Position numbers and translations under genes: made by a program. Source: Amoebidium appalachense (taxonomy: Eukaryota; Protista; Ichthyosporea). Taken from it: a DNA stretch of 64,000 nt. Under the pieces are notes generated by a model. It did no database searches. It had not been told where the DNA came from and saw only the letters and a program-made list of their open reading frames with translations. The stretch is taken from NCBI GenBank assembly GCA_963693365.1, contig CAVNZM010000011.1:5289921-5353920 (forward strand), in the 5' to 3' direction. Below, one piece after another: positions 24,397 through 49,309 of this stretch (positions are counted from its first letter, which is position 1; the number at the start of each line of letters is the position of its first letter).

Positions 24397-25068
24397 ATGC
24401 AGCCCATCCTTTTTGGCGCCCTTTTGGCCGTCACGGCACAGCAGACAGAGGCCACATGGGGTCCCAACACGTGGTGGGGATGGAACCCGTCCGCCACGGC
24501 CACGGCCAAGCCCAGCAGCGCGGCTGCGGTGAATAACTGGGGCTGGGGCTGGAACTGGGGCCCATGGGCCGGGAAGCCAGCAGGCGCCAACCTGTGGGGG
24601 TCGTGCCCTCAGGGCCAGTGGCAGTGGCGCACGGGCTGCCGCGCCATTCCCGAGTGCGCGCCCGGCCAGGCCTGGAAGGGCTGGGCGGCCGGCTGCTGCC
24701 GAAACGACTGCCCCATCAACCAGACGTGGGACCCACGCACCGGCCGCTGCTGCGCCGTCCCCGCGTGCCCTGCCGGCCAGGGCTGGAAGGGCTGGGCCCG
24801 GGGCTGTTGTGCTGATAACTCCGCCCCCGTGTCCCGCCCGGCCACAAAGCCTGCCCCTGCCCCTGCGCGCAAGGTGGCCCCTGCCAGACCCGCCCCCGCC
24901 CCCGTCACTGCGCCACACCCCGCTCAGGTCCCAGTGACCTCGAACGCATCCCCCGTTGCTGTGTCTGCTGGCAATGATGATGCTATCGAGGGAAGTGCTG
25001 TGGGTGAGGAGAATCTGGTGGTGGATGGAGAGGAGGTGCCCTACGTGGGTGAGGGGGCTGACCAGTAA
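24397..25068 (+). CDS. Secreted Trp/Gly/Cys-rich repeat protein with Pro/Ala linker and acidic tail (copy 1, 223 aa)
   Basis: Intronless GC3-rich ORF with a hydrophobic N-terminus (MQPILFGALLAVTAQQTEA), a WGWGWNWG segment and four C[PA]xxQxW...C(C) units. A near-identical paralog is on the - strand. Confidence 0.88.
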   Translation: MQPILFGALLAVTAQQTEATWGPNTWWGWNPSATATAKPSSAAAVNNWGWGWNWGPWAGKPAGANLWGSCPQGQWQWRTGCRAIPECAPGQAWKGWAAGCCRNDCPINQTWDPRTGRCCAVPACPAGQGWKGWARGCCADNSAPVSRPATKPAPAPARKVAPARPAPAPVTAPHPAQVPVTSNASPVAVSAGNDDAIEGSAVGEENLVVDGEEVPYVGEGADQ

Positions 25069-25438
25069 TGCACGAATGTAAAATTATATTGACATAGCTA
25101 ATCGTATGAAATATGTACGTACATAGGGCAAGTACTGGTGCTCTGGTTATTTCAATGAAACTGATCCCGAGAGAATAAAAGACTGCTTGCAGCAGTCTAA
25201 TTCTGCCACGTGTAGTGGACAACTTGAACTCAACTGAAAGTTCTTGTATTAATACATACTGTTGTCAAAATAAATACTGTTGTCAACACGAGCTCTACCC
25301 CGAGTCAGCCTCAACTTAGTTCCCTCGAGCTCCTTTCAAGCAGCACGCATGCAACCTCCCCAACAAGCACACGCTCTGTTCCTCAACCGTCTCCCCCTAC
25401 CCATATCTTTTCACTCTTTCTCTATCCCTATATCATAA

Positions 25439-25493
<55 letters not shown>

Positions 25494-25729
25494 TCTCCCC
25501 CCCCCCCCCCCCCCACCCTCTCTCTCTTTTCTCCCCTCTCCCCCCCCCCCCCCCCCCCCCCTCTCTCTCTTCCCCCCCCCCCTCCCCCACCCTCACTATC
25601 CCCACCTCTCAGATGTTTCGATTTCCTGTCTCTCGCACTCTCTCCCTCTCCTCTCTCTCTTTCTCTCTTTTTCGGGGCCCAACCATATCGGCTGAGTCAA
25701 GTTGATTCGAGCAGATTAATTCTCAGTAA

Positions 25730-25845
25730 AAGCAGAATAATTCTGCATTCTGCTTTTTTGCAGAATAATTCTGCATTCTGCTTTTTTGCAGAATAATTCC
25801 GCTTTTTGCAGAATAATCCCGCAAAGTCTGCTTTTTGCAAGTTGA
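25730..25845. repeat. Palindromic minisatellite (gcagaataattctgc...ttttt units)
   Basis: Four related gcagaataat units, each self-complementary or nearly so. Confidence 0.75.
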
Positions 25846-25955
25846 TTCTGGCAGGTGTGGTTGGGCCCTTTTCTCCCTCTCCCCATCTCTCTTTCATTCT
25901 TTCTTCTTCCCTTTCTCTTCACAGGATCTCCCCTCCCTCTCCATCCCCCCCCCCC

Positions 25956-26001
<46 letters not shown>

Positions 26002-26318
26002 CCTTCACCACCACCCCCACCCCCGCCCCCTCCCCTTTCTCCCTCTCTCTCCCTCCCTCCCTCCCTCCCTCACTCACTCCCTCCCTCCCTCCCTCTCTCC
26101 CTTCCTCTCTCCCTCCCTCCCTCACTCCCTCCCTCCCTCCCTCCCTCCCTCCCCCACTCCCTCCCTTTCTCTCCCTCCCTCCCTCCCTCCCTCCCTCCCT
26201 CCCTCCCTCCCTCCCTCCCTCCCTCCCTCCCTCCCTCCCGGGCCCTCCCTCCCTCCCTCCCTCCCTCCCTCCCTCCCTCCCTCCCTCCCTCTCTCTCTCC
26301 CTCCCCCCCCCCCCCCCC

Positions 26319-26373
<55 letters not shown>

Positions 26374-26376
26374 CAG

Positions 26377-26498
<122 letters not shown>

Positions 26499-27688
26499 AT
26501 AGGCTCTCAACTCCATCTCCCTCTCCCTCTCACACACTCTCTCTCGCTCTTTCTGGGGAGGTGGTGGTGGTGGTGGGGGGGGGGGGGGGTTAGACGGGGG
26601 GGAGGGCTCTATTAATCATATTTTTCCCCTCTTTTTTTGTCCTGTTTGGAAAGGGGGGAAGTGGGGGGGGGGGGGGGGGGGGATATATTTAGTCATTAAT
26701 TCTAAGTCGCGCGCTAATAATATATTGCGTCATTCTTTCAACATAACAGCTACAGCGAGTAGCATATCGTGTTTGCAGAAGAACATAGGGACACTCGTAC
26801 GGGGAGCCCCTACGTTTCATAAGTAATTAAACGTAATAACTTATTAACTTTTATAACACAAAAAGTCTTGCTATTACTGAATTATATGAATGCCGGCATA
26901 ATGATAGCCAAGGTGGATGTACTGACCATATATCATAAGTAAATTGCGCGCCGTACACGTGGTACAGTGTAGTCTGCTGTAGTGTATATATACCAACACC
27001 TTGCTCAGCAATTGGTCGTATACTGTTGTTAGTCTAAAGTTAAATAGTATGCCATTTTTCATAGCTATATACTTGATATTTTATGGGGTCTCCATGTGTG
27101 AGAGTCGCGTGTCCCAGTGCAGACAACTAGAGTCATTCAAAACTCATATAAACATACTGTACTATGACTGTTTTCCGGAGCCATAATATTATGTCATTGG
27201 CATGGATGAGCCTCGTGGTACTATGGTTTTATTTATACAACGTTTCGGGCAGTCTCATACTTACGGTACTTCTATTTTTCGACTGTTTTTTGTTTTTATC
27301 CCCCTTTTTGTTTCCGGGGAAAGGGGCGGGGGGGGGGGGGGGGGGGGGAGGGGGGGGGAGGGGGGAGGGGGAAGGGGGGGAGAGGGCGGGGGAGAGGAGG
27401 GGGAGGGCTAAAGGGTTCCTCGTGGAACTTTAATGATAAGTCGTCCTCTCAGCACCGACTCGTGACGCTATCCAGGTAGCTGAAGGTGCAAGCAGCTAAG
27501 GTAGGCACACCTCTACCAATCTTAGCTAACTATACTTATAGCACACACTTTGCCCAGGGCTTTTGCCCCCAGAGACGCCTTGCAATGTGGGGATGATAAA
27601 TGGTATACCTATCATAGTGCCATATTTCTGGGGAGTTGTAGTAGAATGATTTACCAAAGTGGTCGTATGTGCAATGCTCGGTGGAGGT

Positions 27689-27719
<31 letters not shown>

Positions 27720-28348
27720 CTTGCAGGGGTCTGGGTACTTTCAGAAAGTTTTCTGGAGAGGATCCCCGGGGGGGAGAGGGGAGGAGGGGGAGGGGGGGGG
27801 GGGGTAGAAGGAGAGCGAGAAGAAGGAGAGGGAGACAGCTTCAAAAGAAACAGCTAATCGCTTTCGCAGCCATCTCACCTATCGATTATCTGCCTTTAAT
27901 TTAAGCGGAAGAACTGAAAGCAGGTGAGTCGATGTGTCCTCTTTCCAACTTTTATCTTTCAGCAAGGCGGGATGGATAGTTCACCCCTGGACCGGCTTGA
28001 ACACCCCCGAAGGCTCCTTCACATTGCTTCACATATCTTGAGAGAGGGGGGTGGGGGGGTGGGGGGGGGAGAGGGAGAGAGGTATTTTTGAACTTAGCCC
28101 TTTCTGCACTCCACTTTTTCCCCTGAGGCTCAGTTGGACCCCACCATCTCTCTTTTCATGCATGCACACCCACACCAAATATTTAACAAGAAGTAAGATA
28201 ACCTGCCCCTTTTGCTCCATTCTAGCTCTGTAACATACAGCTGTGGCAGTGAATTGAGTGCATAATCACAAGTTCATCTCCTTGTGCTTTGTGGCAACTT
28301 TTTCTGTGTGTGTGCGTGTGTGTGTGTGTGCGTGTGTGCATGTATGCG

Positions 28349-28395
<47 letters not shown>

Positions 28396-28489
28396 GTGTG
28401 TGTGCACGTGTGTGTGCGTACGTGGGTACACACGTGCCTGTGTGAGGCGTGCTTGCATGCGTGTGTGTGTGTGTGGTGGCACGCGAGCG

Positions 28490-28606
<117 letters not shown>

Positions 28607-28623
28607 CGCGCGCGCGCGCGCGT

Positions 28624-28670
<47 letters not shown>

Positions 28671-29021
28671 CACGTATTTTTGTGTGTGTGTGTGTGTGTT
28701 TGTGTGTGGTGTGTGTGTGTTTTTGGCACGTGCCCGAACGGTTTGGGGGAAAGGAGTAGCTTTGTGCTTGTTAGGGGCTGGAAATACCAGTTAAAGGGGG
28801 AGGGTTGAGAGGAGGAGCAGAGTGAGATAGCGTCAACGTTGAGTGGGTCAATAATTCTTTACAAGCAAAGATTTTAATCATTCGATTAGATGGCCCAACA
28901 CAAGTGGCACAATAAGACTGTTACAAGCAGCCTGTTACTCTATCTGAATCATTCGTATGACTGCTCAATTTTGAAACAGTACATATTTTCATACAAGTAG
29001 GCATCATGTTTACAGCACAAA

Positions 29022-29699
29022 TTACTGGTCAGCCCCCTCACCCACGTAGGGCACCTCCTCTCCATCCACCACCAGATTCTCCTCACCCACAGCACTTCCC
29101 TCGATAGCATCATCATTGCCAGCAGACGCAGCAACGGGGGGTCCGTTCGAGGTCACTGGGACCTGAGCGGGGTGTGGCGCAGTGACGGCGGCAGGGGCTG
29201 GTTTGGCAGGGGCCACCTTGCGCGCAGGGGCAGGGGCAGGCTTTGTGGCCGGGCGGGACACGGGGGCGGAGTTATCAGCACAACAGCCCCGGGCCCAGCC
29301 CTTCCAGCCCTGGCCGGCAGGGCACGTGGGAGCGGCGCAGCAGCGGCCGGTGCGTGGGTCCCACGTCTGGTTGATGGGGCAGTCGTTTCGGCAGCAGCCG
29401 GCCGCCCAGCCCTTCCAGGCCTGGCCGGGCGCACACTCGGGAATGGCGCGGCAGCCCGTGCGCCACTGCCACTGGCCCTGAGGGCACGACCCCCACAGGT
29501 TGGCGCCTGCTGGCTTCCCGGCCCATGGGCCCCAGTTCCAGCCCCAGCCCCAGTTGGTGGCCGCGGACGCACTGCTGGGCTTGGCCGTGGCCGTGGCGGT
29601 GCCGGACGTGTTCCATCCCCACCACGTGTTGGGGCCCCACGTGGCCTCTGTCTGCTGCGCCGTGACGGCCAAAAGGGCGCCAAAAAGGATGGGCTGCAT
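29022..29699 (-). CDS. Secreted Trp/Gly/Cys-rich repeat protein (copy 2, 225 aa)
   Basis: ATG at 29699 aligns with the copy 1 start. The protein is almost identical apart from a few substitutions and a 2-aa insertion. The longer 314-aa track ORF runs through the promoter. Confidence 0.88.
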   Translation of the reverse strand: MQPILFGALLAVTAQQTEATWGPNTWWGWNTSGTATATAKPSSASAATNWGWGWNWGPWAGKPAGANLWGSCPQGQWQWRTGCRAIPECAPGQAWKGWAAGCCRNDCPINQTWDPRTGRCCAAPTCPAGQGWKGWARGCCADNSAPVSRPATKPAPAPARKVAPAKPAPAAVTAPHPAQVPVTSNGPPVAASAGNDDAIEGSAVGEENLVVDGEEVPYVGEGADQ

Positions 29700-30788
29700 G
29701 GTTGTGAGGGTGGGTGGCACAAGAAATTTAAAAGATGCTGTGTGAATATATATGTTTGTGGTTTGCGGGCTACTACAGAGAGTCGCTTCAACCCGTGTTT
29801 TAGCTAGCGAGGTAGTGTGCAGTACTGTGTATTTGGAAACGATGAAAACCCGAAGGGCAAACAGGTTCGCTTTTATGCTTAGAGAATTGGTTGGCTGTGG
29901 AATTCGAACATAGAAAGCTGGTGGCAGCTCAATGTTTATATACTTGCTGGAAGTGTGACGCCTCACTGTGATTGGTTGAGACAGTCAAGACGTGTGACTG
30001 ATTGGTCGACTCATGACTAAGTCATGATTCATGAGTCATAGGTTGAATATGGGCCGCTAACGGTTGATGGGACTGCACTTGTCGAGAGTTTAAACAATAT
30101 AATAAGTCTCAACAAATACAATTTTTGGGTTTCTCTATTCTTGCGAGTCTTCTTTTTCCATGGTCACATGCTACACACATTTTAAAACAAAGGTTTAAAT
30201 GGGCCATCACTTAGACACTTACAGACACTTACTCAGCGGCGAGCGCAGCGGATCTTGTCAGTGATGCGAGTTGTGCGGAAATCGGATTGGATGCTTGTAA
30301 CTTTGTTTATTCAATGGTATGCGTATGCATCTGGGATAATTAAAAACGTTTCGACCCATCGATTGGTCGAGGATTTCTCGGTTCTTCCCCGTTTAGCTAA
30401 TTAGCCCTTTTTTTGGTACAGTACTAGGCTTGAAAAGCCAAAAAAACAAAAAACAAAAAACCTTATTATGGTGAAAACCCCCAGCGTTAGCTTTGCAATG
30501 AAATACATGTACATCAAAAACCGCACCACACAACACGCACAATCAAGACAGCACCGTGTGAAAAACACTCATCCATACATCGATAGTCGTGATCACACAT
30601 GAAATGTAAAAATGACCTCCATCTTCCGGGCGTACGGCATGGATTCGAAGCCTGAAGACTGAGTGCCTGTATGAGCGCTGTGACTTATGTAGTCGCTCTC
30701 TAGGACCGTGGGGTCTGGTTCTGTTTCCTCTGGCTACTTGATTCCTGGAAGTGGTACGGTAGGAACTGCATGGAAGGAAGAGTGGCCA

Positions 30789-30849
<61 letters not shown>

Positions 30850-31042
30850 CTCGATGCCTTTTTGTAGCGCTAGCCGTGTAGGAGGAACGGGTATTAAGGG
30901 GAGGGGGTGGATCTGTAACGTGAGAACCCCCCTTCCCCCGCCTCAGCCTACTGTCCCCAACATACACCCCCCCATTCTTTCTCTCACTCTCTCTCTCTCC
31001 TCTCAGCACTCTCTCTTTCTCTCCTCACACACACACACACAC

Positions 31043-31208
<166 letters not shown>

Positions 31209-31268
31209 CCTGTCTCTTTCTTCCTCTCTCCCTCTCTCCCTCTCTCTCCCTCTCCCTCTCTCTCCCTT

Positions 31269-31397
<129 letters not shown>

Positions 31398-31457
31398 TCT
31401 CCCCCCTTTCTCTCTCTCTCTCTCTCTCTCTCTCCCTCCCTCTCTCCCTCCCCCCCC

Positions 31458-31489
<32 letters not shown>

Positions 31490-32482
31490 TCTCTCCCCCC
31501 TCTCTCCCTCTCTTTCTCTCCCTCTCTCTCTCCCCTCCCCCCTCCCCCTACTAATACATCGTGATGTTGAAGTGATGATCGATATTCTCATCGGTGCCTA
31601 CTGATTTAAGATAGCTAGAGGGTCGAGTTTAATTCAGTGAGCCTTGCCGGCCTATTCGGGTAGAACCATTATTCTTTATATCCCTAGCCTAACCCCCTTC
31701 GAGCTCCCTCCCCCCCCCTCCCCCGGCCCTTAAGCTTCCGCACTCCACCCTGCCCGGCTGACCGCGGCCCTGCACAGGGTGTTACATGTTCATCCTATAT
31801 AGTAGTTTCCGGGGGCACTTGGGCAACGATATATTTTCTTTTTCTTGAAGTATCACCCTTCAAACTGTATCATAATGCATCAATACCTCTAGTATTGAAA
31901 ACAAAATGCTTCCAGGTTCTGATCGAATTTGTTTTCACGAGACCGTATTAAATGAGTGATGTGTCCACTCCGCGGATGAATCACGGTACCACCCCAATCA
32001 TCAAGTGCATTCGTACATGCTGCAATATTTAGGGCTCAAGGAGCACTTGCAATTGCAAGGCTGGCCATGCAAAAGCATGACATCGTATTAAATTTTATGG
32101 TGTTTATATTTATTATATTTATATTCAGTATTTAGTGATATCAACAACTGCTACGCCCAACGTAGCTCACACGACACAATGAGTTAATTATGCACACTGC
32201 AGGTCAAGCAAGCGTACGAACGTTGCATTCTGCGTTGTGTATACATAAACACGTACGGACCTAATCAGGATTAAAACTAAGCCGCGTTAATGTGATAAAT
32301 GAGTATGTTTATTGTGATATTCTGGTTGTTTAATAGATTATATACATGACAAATCATTTTTTCTTCTTAAGGTGAGTTGTAGTAGAAGGGCTTGCTGAAG
32401 GTGAGAAAGCTGATATACCGGTGTTCAGAGGCCGTGGTGGTGGTGGTGGGGGGGTTGAGGGCGGGGGGGCCGGGCGGGGGGG

Positions 32483-32539
<57 letters not shown>

Positions 32540-33269
32540 TAGAGATCTATGGATAGGAGAGGTACGGTCAAGGGGGGGGGGGGGGGGGGGACAATACGAT
32601 TGGTGAATAAAAACCTATATCAGGCAACTACTACCGCCAATCAAAAGGCTTTTGATGACCGATTGGTTTAGCAACGTTGTGCGTCGGATATCATCAACTT
32701 TGAAGGTGGCGCTTGAGCTGTGGGCACACATGGGAATTGGGAAGAAAAATATGAAAAGAGCCCCCGTTCAAGTTTTATTCCTGGCAGGCAAATATACAAA
32801 AAAACCTAGTCTTAGTTTAGTTATTTAGCACTGTATGTTTTATGTAATGACAAAAGGGCCCGTGAGTCAGGACGGTTGCGAGCGCGGCAATAAATTCTCC
32901 TGTTGTGCGCATCAGATCTAAACTGTGCATATATTTGTTGGTGGCCAACGCACAGAGCATTGTGAAGAAAACAAGAAGAATGAAAGAATATAAAAATTAT
33001 TAGAAATCACCAAATAATAACCAAGCATCAATATAAAAACACCATCACATGCACACATACTGACATGCATGGCTGTTGCCAAATTCTTCAATAAGTTAAT
33101 TACTATTCTCATTGCTTTTTTTGCACCCCTCTGAATGAGTGGCCAGATGCATGTGTCAGTTCACCGAGTGCTTTTTTCTCAGCTTTCTCACCTTCAGTGT
33201 TTGACTTTAGTTTCTTCCCAAGAACATCAGTATTAGTATAGTGTAAATAGTATACATCTAGAGAAAAAA

Positions 33270-43956
<10,687 letters not shown>

Positions 43957-45495
43957 GAAATTTCGAAAGGATTTTCAAAGGCTGGAATAGGGTTTGGGAT
44001 GGTGTGTTTTTTTGGCACCTATGTGGAAGATACGGGTGTTGCGTGCTGTTGTAATGTGTAAGGGAATAAATGATGTGATGAAATGTTTATTATAATTCCA
44101 TAACACAAGATGGATAGATTTACAGGTTTGGAGTGGGTTTTTTATAACAGCTGTGTGTGATTGTGGTTCATCGGTCTGCGTTTTATTGTAAACCTTTGAT
44201 GTATGCCACTAGGCGTGCTTTGGTAATGTGTTCATTCGCCGAGTGGATAGAGAGTGGAGTTAATAAAGGTTTTGCCAGAACAGTTTTCTCCCTCTGCCCG
44301 TGATGCTGTAGAATGGAAGTCTGCTGTTTGTTATACATGACCCCATTCTGGGCTGTTTCTTGATTATAATAAAGATGGGTCCTGTAAATTCCTCAATACC
44401 GAAAACCTTTTTCCAATAAAAAATCGCATTTTGGCACCAGAAACTTACAGATTGCTAAGCTGGTGCTTTCGTGCCATTGACTTGATACAGAAACTGTGAC
44501 ATTCTCCACTTTAACATTCTCAGGGCTCTCCACTTCACATATTCACAGTTTATTTTCACCGACAATCTTGATTCCTGCATTCACTTACGGTGCCTTAAAG
44601 CTTCCTCACGGGAGTTGGGTTGGGGTGGGGGGAGGGGGGGGGGGGGGGGGGGGGGGGGGATGGGATTGCACCCCGACTGCACCACACAGCAACATGTGCA
44701 CACACTCGCCTGCGTACGTACTTGCGCGCACATGCACACGCGTGCACACACCCGCACACAAACAAACCGCAATACACACCTGGCAGTGCATGCACACACA
44801 CACAAACACGTAGCAGGCACAGTGTGTCTGTGTATATGTATGTAGTGTGGGCGGTTGTGGTTGCTACTACAGTGAGTGTATCTGTGTAGGCTACATTCTG
44901 GGCAGACCGCTTTTGTGTGGGTGGGTGTCTTTTTCTTGCCATATCCACATGTGCTTCAATGTCATTAATGACCATGTCGGTATTTTTCGATCGTGACGTA
45001 GTCGTGACGTATTGTTTTAGTATATCCGGCGTTTCCTAAAATGATCCATCTTTATATGGTAGGCCAATACTACTGATCAATGACATCATTAATGACGTCA
45101 TGTTCATGAAAGCTACGTCATATTCGAGAAAGGCCGACATCATGGACGTATGTCCGTACGACGGAGGCCCCTAGGTATAGGGAGACCGCGCACATAAATT
45201 GTTAAAAACACACTATTTATTTGATAATCTATAACCGAAATAAAAACATAAACCCAATAACCAAAACTCTATGTGTGTCTGGGCCCTGCATGGGGGTGCT
45301 ACCGCCCCCCCCAACCCCCGCTATAGGAGCCTCACGGCTCCTTTTACGTCGCTTGGGGATCGAACCGTTCCCCCCTATTTTACGTCATCGGATCGTGTTT
45401 TGTCCAATCGGGTGCGATAGAGGTTCCGTCGTATGGACATATCTGCCCCCCCCTCCCCCCTCCCCCCCCCCCCCCCCCCCCCCCCCCCCTTTTTT

Positions 45496-45537
<42 letters not shown>

Positions 45538-45940
45538 AAAAAAAAAAAAAAAAAAGAATAAAACAACCAGCTGCAACGAAGATCTGTGAGAGAAGGTATC
45601 AGTCACCTACGATAGCAAATATCTCGATAGAAAGCCATGAGTTTATAGTAGGAGTTCTCAAGACACAACCAAGGCAAGGTGCAATACTGTCCACATGCGC
45701 CGAGTTGAAACTAAGCATTGGCAGAGGGTGCGGGGAATTACACGTACACGGTGCCCAATCACAGGTGTGTTGTGAAGGTCCCGAAAGGGGAGCTCCGGAA
45801 GGGGGGGGGGGACTGGCCCGGCCGGGGGAGGAGGGGGGGGAGGGTGGGGGGGGTCGGAGGGGGTTCGAAGGGGGCTCGAAGGGGGGGAAGGGGGGGGGAG
45901 GAGGGGGGAGGCAGACGGTGTGTGTGTGTGTGTGTGTGTG

Positions 45941-45987
<47 letters not shown>

Positions 45988-47521
45988 CATGCGGCGGGAA
46001 TTCTAGGGGGGGGAAAGAGAGGGGAGGAGGGGGGAGGGGGGCGGGGGGGCGATGGAAAGGCGGGGGGGCATGAGGGGAGGGTGGTGAGAAAAGGGGGGGG
46101 GGGGGGGGGAGGGGGGATCATGGAGGGAAGGGAGTGAGGGTGTGTGTGTGTGTGTTGGGGGGGGGGGGGGGATGGGGGGAGGGTAGGGGGGAGGGGGGGG
46201 AGGGAGATTTCAAGGGAACGGAGGAGGGTGTGGCTCGTGGAGGGGCACCGGGGGGGAGGGGGCAGGGGCAGGGGAGAGGAGGAGGAGGAGGGGGGTGGGG
46301 GTAGGCTATTAAGTGGAAGGTGAGAGTTGGGGTTGAGACAACCTTATTGAATTGAAAGGTGCCTTGGAACTGCCAGTGGGGATTATGAAAGGTTGGTGGG
46401 TCGGGGGGAGGGGGGAGGGAGGGTGGTGGTGGTGGTGGGGGGGGGGAGAGGGGGTGGGTCCAGGGGGGTGGGGAGTCGGGGGGGGGGGGGGGGGGGGGGA
46501 TCCGTTCCAGGGGGGGGGGGGGGGGGGAGGGGAGGGATTGCTTGGCCGTGTGAAGCACCACACGAATTTGCTACCACCTGAAATATCGGTCGAGAGAGGG
46601 GACAGGGGCTCGAGAGGAGGAGGAGGGGAGGGGAGGGGGGGGGGGGGGGGAGGGGGGGGGAGGGAGGGAGGGGGGATCTATTAAGCGGAAGCTGAGGGCT
46701 GGCCCCCAGGGGGTTGAGATAACATTGTCGACTCAAATTATTGAAGAGTGCCTCGGAAGAGGAAGTTTTGAGAGAGGGGTGGGGGTGGTGTGTGCCTATG
46801 TGCCACGGTGTGTTTTTTTTGGGGGGGGGGGGAGGGGGAGGGGGAGGGGGGGGGGGGGGGGGATAATAGGATGGGGAAGGCACAGACTCTCCTGGGTTCC
46901 GGCAATGAGAAGTCGTGAGGGAGGTTTAAGAGACCCGGGCTGGGGAGAAAGGAAGGAAGGAAGGCCTAGGGGCGGGGGAAGAGGGGAGGGGTTGCAGGAT
47001 GGGGGGGGGGGGGGGGGGGGGGGGGAGGGGGGGAGGGGTAGGAATGAGAAGAGAAAAGAAAGTGTGAATAAAGGACCCGCATGGCCCAGAGAAAGCAAAT
47101 GAGGTGGTGGCCATGCATATCTGGGAATGGGGGGTGAGTGAAATTGAATGTACCGTGCCCTCCGGAAAGGGGTTAGAGGGGGGAGGGGGGGGGGAGGGGG
47201 GGGGGGGGGGGGGAGGGGGAAGGTGGGAAAAAGAGAGTGAGGAGGATGGAATATAGGGGAGGGGGGGGGGGGGGAGGGGGGGTTGACGGGTTTGAGGGGG
47301 TCTCGGAGCTGAAACACTCCATAAAAGAAGTTCATGCAAGAACCCGCTTTTATTTTTCACGATTTTTTCACTCTTTTGGCATTATCAAACCACAGCCAGG
47401 GCATAAGTAAAGATGCCGTACATGCACACTTATCTTTTATTATTATCCAGTTGCTCTCGCACAAAGAAGCAGTAAGGCAAACCACGAAAGGGTGGGTGGG
47501 TGGGTTGGGATTGAGGGGAAA

Positions 47522-47553
<32 letters not shown>

Positions 47554-47678
47554 TGTACATAGAGTAGGAATTCACCAGCCACCATAAATGGTTTTAGAAT
47601 AGTCCGTCTGTACTACTAACTCCCTTAGGCAGTTGATGTAAAGCAGAAAGCTTAAGGAAAGCGGGCGATGTTGTGTTA

Positions 47679-48035
47679 GTTATCATTGCACAGTTGCGAA
47701 CAGAAAAGTACTGAAAAAGAAGTTGTCGTTACATTGATTAGAATGACCCGCAGCCTGAAAAATACGGAAAAGATGGTTATCATTCCACAGTTACCTGCAC
47801 AAACTACGGGAAAAGTAGTTATCGTTGCACAGTTAAGTGCCAGAAAAAATACGGAATTCGCAGTTATTATCATATGGCTACATGCAGGAAACTACCTCAA
47901 TTGCAGTTATCATTACATAGTTACGTGCATTACACTTTCATATTACGGAATTCGCAGTTATTATCATATGGCTACATGCAGGAAACTACCTCAATTGCAG
48001 TTATCATTACATAGTTACGTGCATTACACTTTCAT
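47679..48035. repeat. Degenerate ~47-bp minisatellite ending in an exact 94-bp tandem duplication
   Basis: Recurring agttatcatt.cacagtt units; identical blocks start at 47850 and 47944. Confidence 0.85.
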
Positions 48036-48474
48036 AACATTACTGTGCTTAGAGAAGATTGGCGACTATTAGAAACCACACACGGAAGGCTTAGAAGAAT
48101 GCAAGGAGACTCAGTCCACACGGATTAACTTAGGCTTTCTTTCAGCCGGGCCGCGGTGGGAAGAAGGTCTGGGAAGGTGTTTGGGTGTTCGGTTCTGTTG
48201 GATACCACATGTTAGTGATTGCTACCGGGGGGGGGGGGAAGAGGCGGGGGGGGGGGGGGGGGGGGGGGGGGGGGAGGAGAAGGGGGCCGGGGGGGGGGGG
48301 GGGGAAGGGAAGGGGGGGAAGGGGAGAGGGGGGGGGGGGGGGTGTTGATTAATAAACTAATATACATACTTCTGGTAATGGGGTTGTCGGTCTTCACAAA
48401 GTGAAACGAAGAGTGCAGGTCAAAGGGGAGTGGTAGGCATTGGAACACTTCCGTAGTGGCAGCGGTGTGTGTGT

Positions 48475-48515
<41 letters not shown>

Positions 48516-48517
48516 CG

Positions 48518-48559
<42 letters not shown>

Positions 48560-49268
48560 GGTGTGGGTGGGTGGCCCCGGGGGGGGGGGGGGGGGGGGAG
48601 GGGGGGGGGATGGGGGGAGGGGGAGAAGGGGGGGGGGGGGGGGGGGGGGGGGAGGGGGGGGGGGGGGGGGAGGGGAGGGGGGGCGTAGGGTGATGGAGAG
48701 GAAGAAGGTTTCTAGCACAGTAGCTCTACGAATACATGGTAACTAAAGAAGGAGGTGCGAGAGGGAGAAAGATGTGCAGGAGGGGGGAGGAAGGGGTTGT
48801 GGGGTTGGGGTTGTCTGGATTACGGGCGGGGGGGGGGGGGGGGGGGGGGGGGGGAGGGGGGGGAAGGATGCAACAAAGCGCAATAGCTTGAGGGGTGGGA
48901 GAGTAGTGCGACAGAGAGCAACAGCACGGGATGGGAGGGGGAGGGGGGGTTAAGGGGGGGGGGGGGGGGGAGGAGGGGGGAGGGGGGGGGGGGGGGAGAT
49001 AAAGAGGGGAGGGAGGGGAGGGTAGGCAGGATGGGATGTTAGTGTGTGCTTACACACGCATATCTTCAGCTAACTTGTGTGCGGTCAATGGTTTGGACGT
49101 ACCACAAAAGAAGGCAATGCATACAGCAGGAGATAATATATATTGCAGGATTTAGTATGTATTCTGGACATGCACAGGTGGGGGTGTACAATAATGCTGA
49201 TGTATGGAGGCTGGTACGTGTGTGTGTGTGGTGTGTGTGTGTGTGTGTGTGTGGAAAGGGGGGGGGGG

Positions 49269-49309
<41 letters not shown>

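Noticed and set aside
29700-29966. 89-aa N-terminal extension of paralog 2 in the 314-aa ORF
   Set aside because: It spans the TATA box and is not conserved in frame in paralog 1; the start is the ATG at 29699.
31572-31760. Possible C/D snoRNA (GTGATGA...CTGA)
   Set aside because: No terminal stem and no convincing rRNA-complementary guide.
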